A stretch of DNA of 64,000 nt from Camelus ferus (lineage: Eukaryota). The notes below the pieces were generated by a model, which was not told where the DNA came from, did not search any database, and was given only the letters and a program-made list of their open reading frames with translations. The stretch spans positions 19,096,001 through 19,160,000 of the forward strand of contig NC_045721.1 in assembly GCF_009834535.1 (NCBI RefSeq). Reading direction: 5' to 3'. Shown in pieces: positions 24,631-38,582 of the stretch; position 1 is the first letter of the stretch, and every line of letters starts with the position of its first letter. The position numbers and the translations under genes were made by a program.

Positions 24631-27064
24631 ACACAAAATTTTAATTTACAAGTCATTCCACCACAAAAAAATGAAAAAAAAAATCTTTAAAAGCAACCTC
24701 CATTTTGAGCTCCACTAACTAAATTTTGCTTTTAAGGGGATAGGCTGGACTGTGTCTCTTATTCTTGCCTTTTTATTTGAAAGTTATTTTACTCCCCTTT
24801 CCAAGTACCCTTTGCGGTTTGGAGTAATATATGCTTCATTTCTTTTATACATCTTGAGGGGCAAAAAAATCCTTTCATCACGGCAAAGAAGAATACGACC
24901 TTTCTAAATCTTAAAATATATCACTATATGTACCAATAAATTTAATCTTGAAAGTAGTGAAATATGTTAGAAAGGAGCAGTGTCTAGGTAAGCAGTTTAT
25001 TGTACATCTGCTACAGAGGGTTCACAAAAATTCTGACATCCCCTATTTCAGAAAAATAGCTTTAGATCCAAAATGTGGTAATTACGGAGACATGAGAGCA
25101 TATTCCAAACAGAATGCATCTCTGTCAATCTACAAGACCAGTCGGTCAATGGACAGGCCATCCATAAAGGGAGAGCTCCCACTTTGCCAAACTCTGGGAG
25201 CTTGTGGGCTAGCTGCAGGGTCTGCCAACTTGACACAGTACACCCTGCTCTGGGAGAAAGAAACAATAAACACCAGCCCGACAGTTCGGCGTCGTGATCT
25301 ATCTGGAAGTAGTCAAGCTTCGATTTTCATCTTCAGTCATCCGGTGTTTCCTGTGGAAGGGCCAAGTTCTCCGCGTTGCCTTAATTTTGTTCATTCCCTG
25401 AGCCTGTGTGTTAGGCCAGGTTAAGACTTTATTCCATGGTTCCAGAAAGCCAGGAAGCCAACAACGATGAGAAAACCTTCAACGTAATTGAAGCTTTTGA
25501 TTAGGTCGCACAACTCTGGGCAAATGAATCTCTGGCCACATTATCCAGTCACGCTACAGACAGAAAAATCTGTTCACTCCTCTGAATTTGCTTTTCACTG
25601 ACTCCAGAGATCATAAGGACACTGAAACATCTTTGACTCAGCAGTGTAAGTGACAGAAGTGAACGTGTTCTAAGGCCAAGGGAAAGACCCCGGGGAATCT
25701 TCGCGCCCATCCAAGTAACACATAATTGGTAGCAGAGGTTATTCTCAGAGGCAGGATGAAATCAGAGAAAGACACCCCGTCTGACCTTTTCTAGAACATT
25801 TCAGAAGCAAAACAATCAAATGAGGAATGCTTTCAATAACAATGGTGTACAAAGTAAATGAGTTCCTTTGATCAGACTGGTGGAACTAGGTAACTGAATC
25901 CTCTATGAGCTATTGAAATATGCAATAATTAAGGGGCCCTTCAAGTGTGCTTCAACAGCTGGTCTTCAGTTGAAAAAGAAGACAGAATTCAATCCTACAT
26001 GCTAATGATTATTTAACAGATGTGAAAACCCCACTGCTCTCTCTCTTCCTACCTTCCTTAAAGAACGCCAAGAAGAATTTTCTTTAAAGTGGAATACCCT
26101 AGATGCTCCATCCATTTATGTGTGCAAGCAGGACATGTGTTTTTTCAGTGTTTTACTTAAGAGAGTAATCTGGAGGTCTAAAAGGATGTCGATTTAAGAC
26201 AGCAAGTTTGAAAACATACTGATAATGGCAACTGGTATGAGGGACATTGATTTCAAAGATGCATAATAATTTAAAATCACTTCTTGAGATATCCGACTTT
26301 ATTTTTCTTTAAAAAATTCTATTGTTGAATAACCAAATAGTTGTCACACTATATTACACATTTACAGAGAATTTTGAAAAGCTGCTTCTGGATGATTATT
26401 TTAAGAAATTCAGCTACAGAAAATTCTGGATTATTTGTGATAATTGGATGTGGATATGATTCAAAGTCACATGTAATTTAATTTGTAGCTTCCATCTTCC
26501 CAGCCAGTACGCCTATTACTAGAGGAGAATTAAATGATTTATTATTTTCTCAGCTTTTTTGGTTTTAGTATCAAGGAGGTTAAAAAAAAAGTCTAGACAG
26601 TAAGATAAATGAGCAAAAGTAGATACTAATCAAGACTATGATTCCATCAGGAATGTCTCTTTTAACTCAGTTCTATTCCTTTAATATGTATACTATCTAA
26701 ATTGTGTAATTAACATAGTATCTTTACTAAAGATACACATGAACATATTAATAAAGCCTTATTGCTTCATTGCAGTGATGGACTAATTATGTATGAACAC
26801 TAGTGAACACTGGAACTTCTCACACACTGTGGGTAAAAACTCAAACTGAACAGGAAACGTTTCAAATATAGGAAACAAATAAGCTTGCACACGCCCATTT
26901 AAGATATTCATACTATAATGCCGGAATGTGCTGTTTAGAAACAGCAGATACAGAAGCAAAGGGAGGGAATAAACTTATAGATTTAAAAACTACCCTGGCA
27001 TAGAAATATTTGACATTTCCGGGAAGCTAAAAGAAGAGAGAAACAGATGTTACATCATTGCAGA

Positions 27065-27270
27065 AGTTCCTGCAGATCACCTACCAGATGGAGGCCACGT
27101 ACTGACACCTTCCTTTACAGATTAGGAAACTGGAACCAAAGCAGTACTGCAACAATGGGGCATTTTAACTGTTCATTAACTCGTGAAACACACAGGTGTT
27201 GAACGCTCACTGTGTGTCAAGAACTGTCGTTGTCTCAGAGACACGGGAACAGAAAAAACAGGGAAAGAAC
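27065..27270 (-). mobile_element. MIR fragment followed by L2 3' end
   Basis: tttacagattaggaaactgg; gttgaacgctcactgtgtgtcaag. Confidence 0.55.
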
Positions 27271-28864
27271 TGGGGATGCCCAGCTCCGTGAAGAGGAGAA
27301 TTGAGGTGAAAAACAGACCTTATTTCTGTTGAAAGATTGTCATTTTAAAGACAGCATGGACTCATTTTGCATGGAAGGTGAAGGGCGGCTTTCAGCAGAG
27401 CAGTAGAAGGAAACTTCCAACATTTTATGGTGGTTAAAAACAAGATAAGCTGTCTCGTAAAGCAGCCAATCCCTTTCCAACGGTTCAAGGGAAGGTTGGA
27501 AAACTATATGCCAGGGATCCTTTAGAAAAGATGCCTGAGCTATGTGAGGCTCTCTCAATTCTAAGGTCTTTATGATTATATGGTCCAAGCAATATTTTAG
27601 TGAAATGAATCGGAGTGAAGGATGTATTGGAGCAGGAATGACTCGTAGCTGTATGGTAGCAGCTGAAACATGAAGTCATGGAGACTAGAACGAAGGCGAT
27701 ACCTCTGGAAATGAAAGGATGGACACGAGCTATTTCAATGGAAAAGTTAATCAAAAAAGTAACTTTGGAAATGCTTTTAATCAATAAGGTCTTAGAGAAA
27801 CCCTAGGCATTATTACAGTGTTTTTAATAGCTTCGTCCCTAGCACATGCCTTACATACTGAAGACGCTCATGACATGTTGGCCTCCCTTTTTTTTTTTTT
27901 TTTAACTTGTACAGGATCAAAGATACTTACGATTTGTGTGAATGACTTCATTTCTTTCTGTTAAACGGGGATAACAGTAACTACCAGTAACTACCTTCAC
28001 TTCGTCACAGCACTAAAATCAAGACCAGTTGGCATGAACCTTACGGAAGCGGTTAATTTTTTATTTAAAAAGGATTGTTAGCATTTTTAAATATTATAGA
28101 ATTACATAAAGTAATTCCTTTGCCCTCTGTAATAACACATTCTGAAGGTGACCAGTTGTACCAGAGGAATACTTTCAAATACTAATCAAGGTTCCTGACC
28201 ATCACCACCATTGCCTTTTTCTCTGGTATCTTTCTCTACATTCTATGAGTACATAGTACCTTTGGGAAAAGTTGTTAAAGCAGTAGACTTACATAATAAG
28301 TTCTTGATCTTTGAGTTTCAAAAGCTTAGACTTATGCAAGAAACAGAAACGTTCGGGAAGAATGCTTGGTTTTTCAGAGCTAATTTTTGTAGCACCCATA
28401 ACTTCCAGCCCTCATGGTACCAGACTAACATTGCATGATTGGAGGAGAAGTAGGCAAAGAGTTGAGGTGTTCTGCTCAGTGCTGCCCCCTACCAAGTTGG
28501 ATGCAGTAACAGAAATAAAAGATGGACCCGGGAGTAGCCAGATGTCCCCCTTTCCCCAGCATGGTGAAGCAGTGTAAGACTAAAGGTGGTTGGCTAGAGT
28601 GTTTAGGCAGATGCAACTGAAACAGCTTCAAAGAGACAACCGATTCCAGCCTCCAGTCTCCACCATGCTCTGTGTCTCTCGGGTCAGCCATAAACTTTCT
28701 GCAAATCAAAAGGATCAAGGAAATCACTGAGAGAGGGCTGGAATTTTAAAGGTCTTGTGGTTAGCGTGGACCTACGAGGCAGCGGTGATGGTAACAGACT
28801 CACCAACAAAGATACTGATCGGTTTCAATGGACAAAGCACAGAAGAGGACCAGAAGTTTCTCAC

Positions 28865-30850
28865 TGTGCTGGTCAGCTCAGACTGCCGGAACAAAACACC
28901 TCAGTGGGTGGCTTAAACCGCAGGTGTTTGTTTCTTACAGTTTTGGAGACTTGGAAGTCCAACAGCAAGGTGCCAGCCCATTCGATTCCTGATGAAGACC
29001 CTGCTCCAGGCTTGCAGGGCACGCTCTCACTGTGTTCTCACATGGAGGAGAGGGCACCCTAGTGTGTCTTCTCCTTCTTATAAGGGCCCTAATTCCATTA
29101 TGAGGGTGCACCCTCTGGACCTCATCCAAACCTAACCATCTCTCCGAAGGCCCTACCTCCAAACACCACCACACTGGGGCTCAGGGCTTCAACACGTGGA
29201 TTTGGGGGTGATACAATTCAGTCCATAGCTTTCAGCTCCTGTCCCTCCTCCAATTCATATCTTTCTCACTTTCAAAAATATTTTCATTCCATCCCAGCAG
29301 CCTCAAAACACTTACCTGTTCTAGCATCAACTCTGAAGTCAAAAGTTCCGTGTTTCATTTAACTTTCATCTAAATCAGATATGGGTAGGACTTGAAGTAG
29401 GGTTCATTCTGAGGCAATGTTCTCTCCAGCTGTGAGTCTGTGAAACCAGACAAGTTGTGCGCTTCCAAAATACAACTGTGGCACAGGCACAGGAGAGACA
29501 GTCCCCTTTCAAAACGGAGAATTAGGAAAGAAGAAAGGAGTGGCGGGTCCTAGGCAAGTCCAAAACGCAGCAAGGCAGATCCCACCAGACCTTAAGGCTC
29601 AGGAATAACCCTCTTTGGTTTGATGCTCTGCCTCCCAGACCCACAGGGGCAGTGGTCCAGCTCCACAGCCGTGCTGGGTGGGGGCTGCACCCTCAAGGTT
29701 CCGAGTAGCCCTACCCTCAGTGCTGCACACCGAGGCCCTCTTGAAACCTAACCTAGTTGGTGGCCCTGATGAATTGCTGTCAAGGTCCTTTTCCACTTTT
29801 CTTGAAGAACAGTGCAGGTTTGCAGACGAATAGCTCTGTATTTTGGTCTTGTCGGGTGTAAGAAGTCTGACAGCCTTCCTTCATTTTGTCCCATTAGTTC
29901 AGACTGGCAGTGTCTTGCTGGTCCTACCCCAACTCTATTTCTGGCTTCTGATAAAATGGCTGATTAAGTCCATGATTCGCACCCATCATTTCCTTATCAA
30001 ATGGCTGTTCAGCCATAACCTTAGTGTCCCCTTCGGAACAAGCTTCCTCATTCTTTGCAACAAGGGTAGGCTGAGAATTTTACAAATCTTCAAGTTCTGA
30101 CTGCTTTTTGCTTAACAATTCCTTCCTTCATTCATCACTCTCTTTTAGCATTTTTCTCCACACAGAAGGAACCAAGCTGGTACTTCACCACTTTACTTAG
30201 AAGACTCCTTAGTTAAATAGCCAGTTTCATCCTTCAGAAGTTCTACCTTCCACAGGACATTAGGACACAGCTCAGCTGGGCTTCCTGCCCCTTTATAACA
30301 AGGATCCCCTTTCCTCCAGTTTCGACGAACATGTTCCTCGTTTCCATGTGAGACGTCCCTACGATCGATTTTAACGTTCCTATTTCTAGCATGCAACGTG
30401 GAATCTCCCAGCCTCTACCCAATACCCAGGTCCCAGGCCGCTCCCACACGGTTAGGTATCTGTTACAGCAGCACTCAATCTCTTGACAGCAAAGTCTGTA
30501 TTGGGCTGCCACAGCAAAACACCGTGATGGGTGGCTTAAACAGNNNNNNNNNNNNNNNNNNNNNNNNNNNNNNNNNNNNNNNNNNNNNNNNNNNNNNNNN
30601 NNNNNNNNNNNNNNNNNNNNNNNNNNNNNNNNNNNNNNNNNNNNNNNNNNNNNNNNNNNNNNNNNNNNNNNNNNNNTCTGCTGTTTCTTCTTTTTTCCTA
30701 TAAGGGCACTGATCCCACCATGAGAGCTCCACCCTCATGAACCCATCTCGCCTAAACATCTTCCAAAAGCTTGCCTCATCTCCAAATACCACCACACTAG
30801 GATTCGGTCTTCAACATATGGATTTTTGAGGGATAATTCAATCCATAGCA
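28865..30850 (-). mobile_element. Complete MaLR element: LTR 28865-29230, internal region 29231-30496, LTR 30497-30850 (MLT1A/B-like)
   Basis: Two co-oriented MLT1 LTRs, TG...CA outer ends, identical 5-bp TSD CTCAC at 28860-28864 and 30851-30855. Confidence 0.9.
30544..30676. other. Assembly gap inside second MaLR LTR
   Basis: Run of N. Confidence 1.
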
Positions 30851-31759
30851 CTCACATAATATGACATGAATATAATCATATTCCTAGGACTGAGACTAGG
30901 AAATTGGTTTTTAAAAAAACCCTGATTTGACTATGTCTATCTGAAGAGTTTCTACCATCTGGTGAAATGGGGGCTCAAAATTTAAAACTTATTTTATTTA
31001 TAAGAATAAGGACAGTTATAAACTTAAACAGCATAAGTTTGCCTAGATACACACAAACATATTTTTTGAAAATGCAATCATTCTTCATATTTAGTTTGGC
31101 AATGTACTTTTTTATCCACTCCACAATAGAGCAGAGGTGTCTTTTCAAGTCAGTGTGTCTACATCTACATATGCAGACACACACACATTCTTATTTATAT
31201 ACATGTATACAATATATCTTATATATACTTTTTAAAGTTCTTTTTAAAAATAATAACTGAATAGTATTATTACATAGTATGGACTCCCTCTGATGGGCAT
31301 TTATGTTTCGTCTAATGTCCTGAGAACTTTCACTTCCAAGCACTATTTCTATAGGACACATCCAGAGAAATGAGACACTGAGTCCTAGCTTGTCCACATA
31401 AACTATTTTGATAGATACAGACAGAAAACTTTCTCATTAAAAATCTTACATTTTTTCATCGTAAAAAATGCTTGTGCAGTGAGTATAAACCTGGGGCAAA
31501 CAGAACTATAGAAAAATAAAGAAAACAAAGAAAAAGAGAAAGCAAAAACCATCCATAATGCATACGCCCAGAGGTATTTTGGTTTTTCTTTCCTGTTTTT
31601 TTTTTTCCTATACAAATATAGTCATAATTGAGGTCATACTGGATTGTTCTGTTTTGCTATTTTTCACACATCATCATGTCACGAGCATTTATTTTCCTAT
31701 GCATTAAATATTTGGAATAATTTTTTAAACTAAAAAAACTATGAAGATATGAGTTAATT

Positions 31760-31915
31760 TTTAAAAACTTTTTTAGGTATCAACTTATATAGGTATCATT
31801 TATATACTATAAAGTTTATAATTTTGAAATCTGAATTCATAAATTCAACACTTTTTAATACATCAACAGAATCTTACACCCATCAGCCAACGCAATTTTA
31901 GAACACATCCCTCAA
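31760..31915 (-). mobile_element. Old L1 (L1ME-type) 3' fragment
   Basis: ttttttaggtat...caattttagaacac. Confidence 0.45.
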
Positions 31916-32159
31916 CGCTGTATTGAGTCTAACTCCTGATGTTCCATTTGTTTGATTATTAATTGTAACTGCTAACTCCCCTTTGGCTAACAAATTTGCC
32001 TACCACTTCTTTCCCTGTGTGTAAATAGAGACAGCAAAGGCCAGAAGTTATAACCAGTCGGAAGTGGCTCTCAAATTAAACCATGCTTTCTTTATACAGG
32101 ACCAGATTTTTGCACATAAATGGAGAGATAGATACTTAAGGAGAAATATCCTATAAAAG

Positions 32160-32240
32160 TATATGTGTATATATATGTGTGTGTGTGTGTGTACATATAT
32201 ATGTATATGTGTGTGTTTGTGTATCTATATCTCTCTATAT
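32160..32240. repeat. Compound (TA)/(TG) microsatellite
   Basis: Visible. Confidence 0.9.
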
Positions 32241-32980
32241 ATAAAATCAGATTTTATACCAAATGGAGAGGCTGTTTCTGAAACACTGTCTTCCCTGACA
32301 AGTTGCATCTTTGCCTACCCAATTTTCCTCAGCAGTGCTATTCTTAGGGATGCTGCTGAAGACTTTCCTTCCCCTCCACCTTTCACTTGAGCAGGCCACG
32401 TTCATTACGATGCCCTACTGCCTTGCTTCCCTGGGGGTCCCATCAGAACTGCGGCTATCTGTATGGTGTGAGCCCTTGGGAACTGGAGAAGCCGCATGAA
32501 GCAGATGTGGTACTTGTCAGTTTCGTCCCTGCTGCTCCTGAGAAGGAAGTCCTTTGTTCAAGAACAGAGCAGGCATGACCACCCACTGACGGCATTAACC
32601 AGTAGGAAAGAACAAGTGAGACCGCCTTGGCTTCCCTTGAAAATCTCTCCTCCCTACCAAGGTGACTGCATTAGCTCCACTCTGTCGCTTCTGCTGGTAT
32701 GACTAGGAAATCACCATTTGCAGGAGAAGCAGCAAAGAAGTGAACTCGGGGGAATAACCAGTTTTGAAATTACTAAATGGTTCAATCACCTTCACAGGGA
32801 ATCCATTCTTCATTTAATGTTAAAAGAAGAAATTTGCAAAAAAAAAAAAATTGTGGAATATATATTATTATTCCAATTGTCCTTTCTGTTTCTCAGTTTT
32901 TAACCATTTTTTTTTGGTTTTTAATGAACAGAAGTGTGTGTAGGTATATGCAATTGTGGATGTTTGCCAGGATGAAGCTC

Positions 32981-33002
32981 TGTGTGTGTGTGTGTGTGTG
33001 TG
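32981..33002. repeat. (TG)11 microsatellite
   Basis: Visible. Confidence 0.95.
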
Positions 33003-36000
33003 CGTATTGTTTTGCATTGTGGGGAGAGTTTTTCTTGATGGGATCTATGAGGATTCCCAATTCTCCATTTCTCAAATTAAACTTCCATAAGAGCATGTGC
33101 TTTCAAGTAATTCTGAACAAAATAAGGCTTAAAGTGACCAGTGTGGAGGGAAAAATCTTTACGAAATGAATATGGCAAAGCTTGGGCATTTAAAAAAATC
33201 AATAGAAAATCTTCAAGTTTTATTATAGGCTTCGTGCATCAGGTGCCCATCTTTCTTCCCAGTTCAGGCTATCATGTTGCTGGTTTCTGGCTCTGCTATT
33301 ACAAAGTAACCCTAGAAAGGCGGGTAACCCTGTTCAAGAGAACAAAAGTTTGAATTCTAAATAGAACAAAGGATCTTTTGATTAGTGGTTACTATTTTAT
33401 TGTAATTAAACAAAAGTAGCGAGATCTGCGTGAGGACCAAAGAACAAGGAGCTCCTCATCTCTATGGCAACAAGGAAAATGACTCCCTTCAGAGGTTTTA
33501 GGGAACTCTTTGCATTATACCACTTTTGACAAATTTAATTCAAATAATTCAATCCTGTGTACTGTATTATTCTCAGGATTAATTAATATGTATACATACA
33601 TATATAAACTACTTTTAAGATACTAGTTGGTGTAAGCACTGCAAAATCTTTTCACTGGATTGACATGAGGAAGGTTGAGTTTCAAAAACAAAACAAAACA
33701 AAACAAAACTAAGCTATGAAGAGAAAAAGAAAGAGAGAAAAGAAAGAAAGAGAATAAAACAGAAAGTGTGGAGAAGACTGTTAACGAGACAATAATCTAA
33801 CTTGACTGGAGGTTCAGTGGTCACAGCTGACATCCTGGAGAATGATGATGCCACTGAACTGCATTCAGTTCCAAGCCTCACTGATTATGCCTTAAATAAC
33901 CATACGGGTGGCTCAGCGTGGACATGTGGATTATTCTTACACAGTATAATTTTGGATGGGATACTTTTCTCCAGCGTAACTATCAATTCTTCCCTCTTTA
34001 GAATTATAACATCTCAAATAAGGAAACACGAGGCTTTAAGGCTTCTCTAGAAGAAGCATAAACACTGATTTATATCTGATAACAAATCAGGGCGAGGGGT
34101 CTGAGAGCTCATGCCACAGGAACACAGGATCGCTGGTTACACGAGGAGAAATACTTCAGTGTGCGCCATTTTGCACCATATTATAGTAAGATTAAGACTG
34201 TTTTCTTTCTCGTTTGGTTGGCACTGATGAGATTAATAGCAATGGTCTACACTGAAGAACGGCTCCAGCGGCTTCTTATGCCTTTACATCTCCAATCCAC
34301 TTCCTCTTTCTCAATTGATGTACAGTATCTTTTAAGAAACAACATCTTTCAGCCTTGCCATTTTTATCGCCTTCATCTTGAGTGCCTGCTGGCAAACCAG
34401 CAGCATGTCAGAAATGGGTGAGGAACATGAAGATATACAAGTGTGAATTTCATGCAGCCCGATGCTCCTTCCCTGCCATATATTTTTGGCCACTAAAACA
34501 CTGTAAGTACTTCGCTTCAGCACCCCATGTTGTGCATCTCATCCCAGTAGCAATTACAGCTAGAGTCCAGCTGTAAAAACCTGATGGAGATGCTGTGCAG
34601 ATTCAAAGAAGCAAAAGCACACTTCATTAGCAGTGCTTCACTGGTTTTCTGAAGCGTTTTCGCTACAGGCGTGTACTGACAGGGCAGGTCACTCCCCTTC
34701 CTCCTTCCTCTACACTCCAACGAGGGCAAATTGCTGAAAAGTAACCCAGAAACTCAAGATCACCTCGGATGCCATTTAAATCCTCCCTTAATACAGTAAA
34801 GGGAAATCAGCCCGTGGCCACAGATGAAAGCATGGCGAGGCAAAGAGGCAACACCCACCCAGCCCATCCGCAAGTTCTCTCTCTAGTTACTCCAAAGAAA
34901 CGTAATCACTCCAATCAGGCCAGAATAAACTAAGATTGCAACTCGGCAGCTGGCAGGTAATTCTATGGGAAACTTTGATGTAGTTATACATATTTATCCA
35001 GAAAGAAGTAAGTGCAAGGAGGTCCGAATGGGTAAAAGGGTTTCTGACGCATGTGGAGTCTTTTAATGCCCAAGCACACCTGAGGGACGCCATCAGTCCA
35101 GAAATGACTCTGATTCTCAGCTGGAGGCTGGAGCGGAGAACAGAGGTGGGTGAGGAGGCAGAGAGAAGAGGGAGTCTGCTTCTGCCTGCCCTAGGGTGTG
35201 ACTGGAATCTACAGGGTGGACTGCAGTTTGAACTCCGGCTCCCAGGGTTGCGTGCCCTGTGGCTTCTCTTTGAGTATTGCTGGGTGCTGGACAGGGACTG
35301 TATGCAAATTACACACAGCAGGGGACAAATCCATCAACAAGGAGGACTGTTAACACGTGGATTCATAAAGCCTCGCTTGGGGTTCTCTGCGAATGCTGGC
35401 GCGTTTGTTAGTTTAAGTAAGACGCCACTTCCTTTTAAAAGAAATGAGGATTTGAAACGTATCGATTAAGAGCTGAGCCCTCGCTTATCTAACAACAATG
35501 TGGAAAATAAATACAACGGCGGAAATTCACATACATTTTATAATATGCTCATAGAAAACAACTTTAATGACGCTCAGGGTGCTGAGATCACAAAAAAAAA
35601 TGATTAGAGCTGGCATATGAACAGTAAATAAGAGTCCCAGTGAATAAATGTGTTAATCATTTTGTACAGTTTTGATAACATCTTTTGGCAATCTGCAGCT
35701 TGACCTGACTAGTATAAACAGTTGATTGATAAGCATAATCATGAGAGATAATGTTGAGTGGGAATGAGAGAAGTCATTTCATTGCACATTTTAACACGAG
35801 ATCATTTTGTTTCAAGGTTCTCCCACCAAAAAAAAAAAAAAAAAAGAAAGAAAGAAAAAGAAAAAAACCCACAAAAAAACCAGATACAGAACCTAGGAGT
35901 CCTGTAGAAAGGAGACAATATCTGGTAACCGTATTTAGCAACTCATTCGTAGCACGTATTTAGATGCATGATAAACTGTGGCTGTAGGAACGAATGAATC

Positions 36001-38234
36001 ATTGATTAAATGATACTGCTTCCAGGCTGACCTCCTCCCAAGTTCAGTCCTCTTGCCTTCCCTCACCTACTTCTAGGGACTCTGATGAAGTAAAGAATAA
36101 AGAAACATGGTGTGTATGCAATTTTACTTGCATGAGTCAGGATAACTAAATGTTTTTGTATGTCTACCAGTTACACCCTTTTCTGCCTATTCTTCACAGA
36201 TGACATGGGGTTGGGGTGGCCCACACTTCATCCTAGAGGGGTGGGCCGTCCTCACTTCGATGTTTGCCTGTGATGTAATGTGCTTGCCTATGATTCCCCA
36301 ATTAATTCAGCAAAGTGTTGGCTACAGTGGAGCGGGAAGGGGACGAGATATTTGTCAATGGAAGACCTTACACCTCAATACTTGAGTAAGTAAAAAGTTT
36401 TATAGAGATCAGTTTGTCCTTCTCTAAACAGAAAGCCTTCAGTGGTCCTTGAGAAAAGGACCTTTCCTTTTTAAATAGGACAATTCATGCTTATGAATTC
36501 TAATGACCAAATGATTTCACTAATTACTTTGTTGCATTCAATTTGCAATAGTTTGCATAGTTGAGTCTGTAATGCAATAAACTATGCCTGAATGGTCTGT
36601 TTACCCCACTGCAAGTTACAAGGGAAACTCTTTCTCCTTAAAGGATTTGTCTCTTTGAAATGCACAAAATGGCAAAAAGCCAAGGGAAGCTGGTGCTTAA
36701 GCAACCAGGACTGAGCAGTGCCTGTGTGCATTTCAATCTCAGCCAACCGAAGTAAATGTTATTGGAGCTTTTGTGCTGTAAAATTGCTGCTTTCAAGCCC
36801 ACTGCATCCGACAATAGGAATCCTTGGTCTACTAGGAAGGGGTGAGGTTGTTGTGCCTTCTAGCCAGATTTCCACATTCTTAAGAAGAGGGTGGAGAAGT
36901 GGGGTAAAACTTCTGCTGCTCTTAATGGGCCAGGGACAATGAGACTCAAGTTGGCAGCGCATCTGGCTGGAGAAAGAGACTACACGGAAAAAAACCCATA
37001 TTGCTATCATTTTTTGCATTAAGCATTGGGACCTGGAAAGTTATTCTTTTAGATACTTTTTTTGTAAAAAAAAAAAATTAATTTGGGAGAGGACTGGGTT
37101 TATGAATCACATTTTTAAATTTAATTTTCACAAAATTATAAAAATGTTATATTTTACAAGCCATAAAAGTCAAGATCAATAAATACATTATTGAATTTTG
37201 AAGGGTAACTATCTAAAATTCATATAATGCATGTAAGTTAATATCTGCGTTTTTTTGAGATATTGAATTTTCTTTGACATGCTATTTACTTGTACAGCTG
37301 TTTAGTTTATATTAATACTTTATTTATTAGGACATTCATTTAATGCTCATTTATTAAGTGCCTAATATGAATCAGGCATGGACTTTCATTTCTAATGTTG
37401 CAGTTTTAAATGTATTTTAAGCCCCAGATCTACATTTAAGCCCCAAGCCATACAGATTATTTTTTCCTTAAAAACACTGAAAACACTTTTTAAAAACCAT
37501 CCACTGCTACGAAGAGACAACCAAATTTTTTTCAGAATTATGCTAACATAATGTCTACCACATAAGCGTGACATCGTAAAGAAGACTTAAACAGCATTAC
37601 AGTTAACAGGAACAAGAATCAAACAGTATTTCTTGATTTAAAAAACACTTTATGATAGGTTATCAGTGGTTGTAACACATAGCTGATATCAGAAAAGAAT
37701 TTTTTTTTGATATCAGAAAAGAATTGTACTGAACAAGCCACAATGACTTGGCATCCCCTGCCTCATGTAGTCATGGGCTAACTGTATCAGAATGATTTGT
37801 TAGGTTACTCATGCCCTTACTTTGCATTAACCATACGTTTTCGGCCTGTACTTGCATGGCCACCAAATGTGAGCTAAGTAAGTAACCGCGTTCGAAAGAC
37901 GGGGGCTAGGATGACATCCATCGTATGCTTGGGGCGTACAGATAAAGAGACCCGACAGCGCCGCCGTCCTATTCTCTCTTTTCATTAACCTTTTCAGCTG
38001 TTCACTGTTTTGGCTTTAGAACGAGTGAAGAAAAAGAGAAACGTAAATCATGAAAGAGGAAAAGAGTAGCTTCAAAGGAAAAGCAGAGAAGTGGAAACAG
38101 AATTCAAGCTGCACAAAGGCAAATCAGACTGCTCCCTTCTCGCAAGTACTTATGATGGGATGAAGTGGGTTTTGTTTCAGAACCGTTCTCAGCCCTTTCT
38201 TCTCCATGGCTTTCAGATGGATCTGCATTTGAAC

Positions 38235-38422
38235 GGCCACTTAATAATCCTACGACCTTGGGCAAGTGATTTAACCTCTCTATGCCACAGATTCTTCTTC
38301 TGTAAAACAGGGTTAATGATACCAGCTCCTCAGGGCTATGAACACTACATTAAATATCACACACAAGTACACAAATTGCCTACCACAGTGGCTTTCTCAT
38401 AGTAGATACCCAATAAATGTTA
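38235..38422 (+). mobile_element. MIR SINE
   Basis: gaccttgggcaagtgatttaacctctctatgcc...ctgtaaaacaggg...caataaatgtta. Confidence 0.85.
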
Positions 38423-38582
38423 AAAACACACATATGTACACACAAAATAGCAAGTTTTACATTTCTCAGATCAATAATGTTTTTTAAATAACTCTTGTTT
38501 GAAAGAGTCAAGAAACATGTTTACGTGTTAGGTTAAGAATTAAGCTGGTCTTGCTAAGCACCCCTCTAATAATGGAGGTTTC

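Noticed and set aside
24948-25424. Longest ORF in the track (158 aa)
   Set aside because: No recognisable domain, no exon-like boundaries on the plus strand, length compatible with chance in 64 kb
25634-25643. ARE/AP-1 motif TGACTCAGCA (also AP-1 pair at 58302-58319)
   Set aside because: Isolated short motifs cannot be supported without conservation or chromatin data
27975-27994. 10-bp tandem duplication CAGTAACTAC
   Set aside because: Ordinary slippage microduplication
32777-33169. 130-aa plus ORF
   Set aside because: Runs through poly(A), poly(T) and (TG)n tracts
34405-34417. Plus-strand ATG TCA GAA ATG G|gtgagg as a coding first exon
   Set aside because: No matching downstream plus-strand coding exon found in the remaining 29 kb; kept only as part of the promoter hypothesis
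35053-35469. 138-aa plus ORF
   Set aside because: Explained by local GC richness; nothing protein-like recognised
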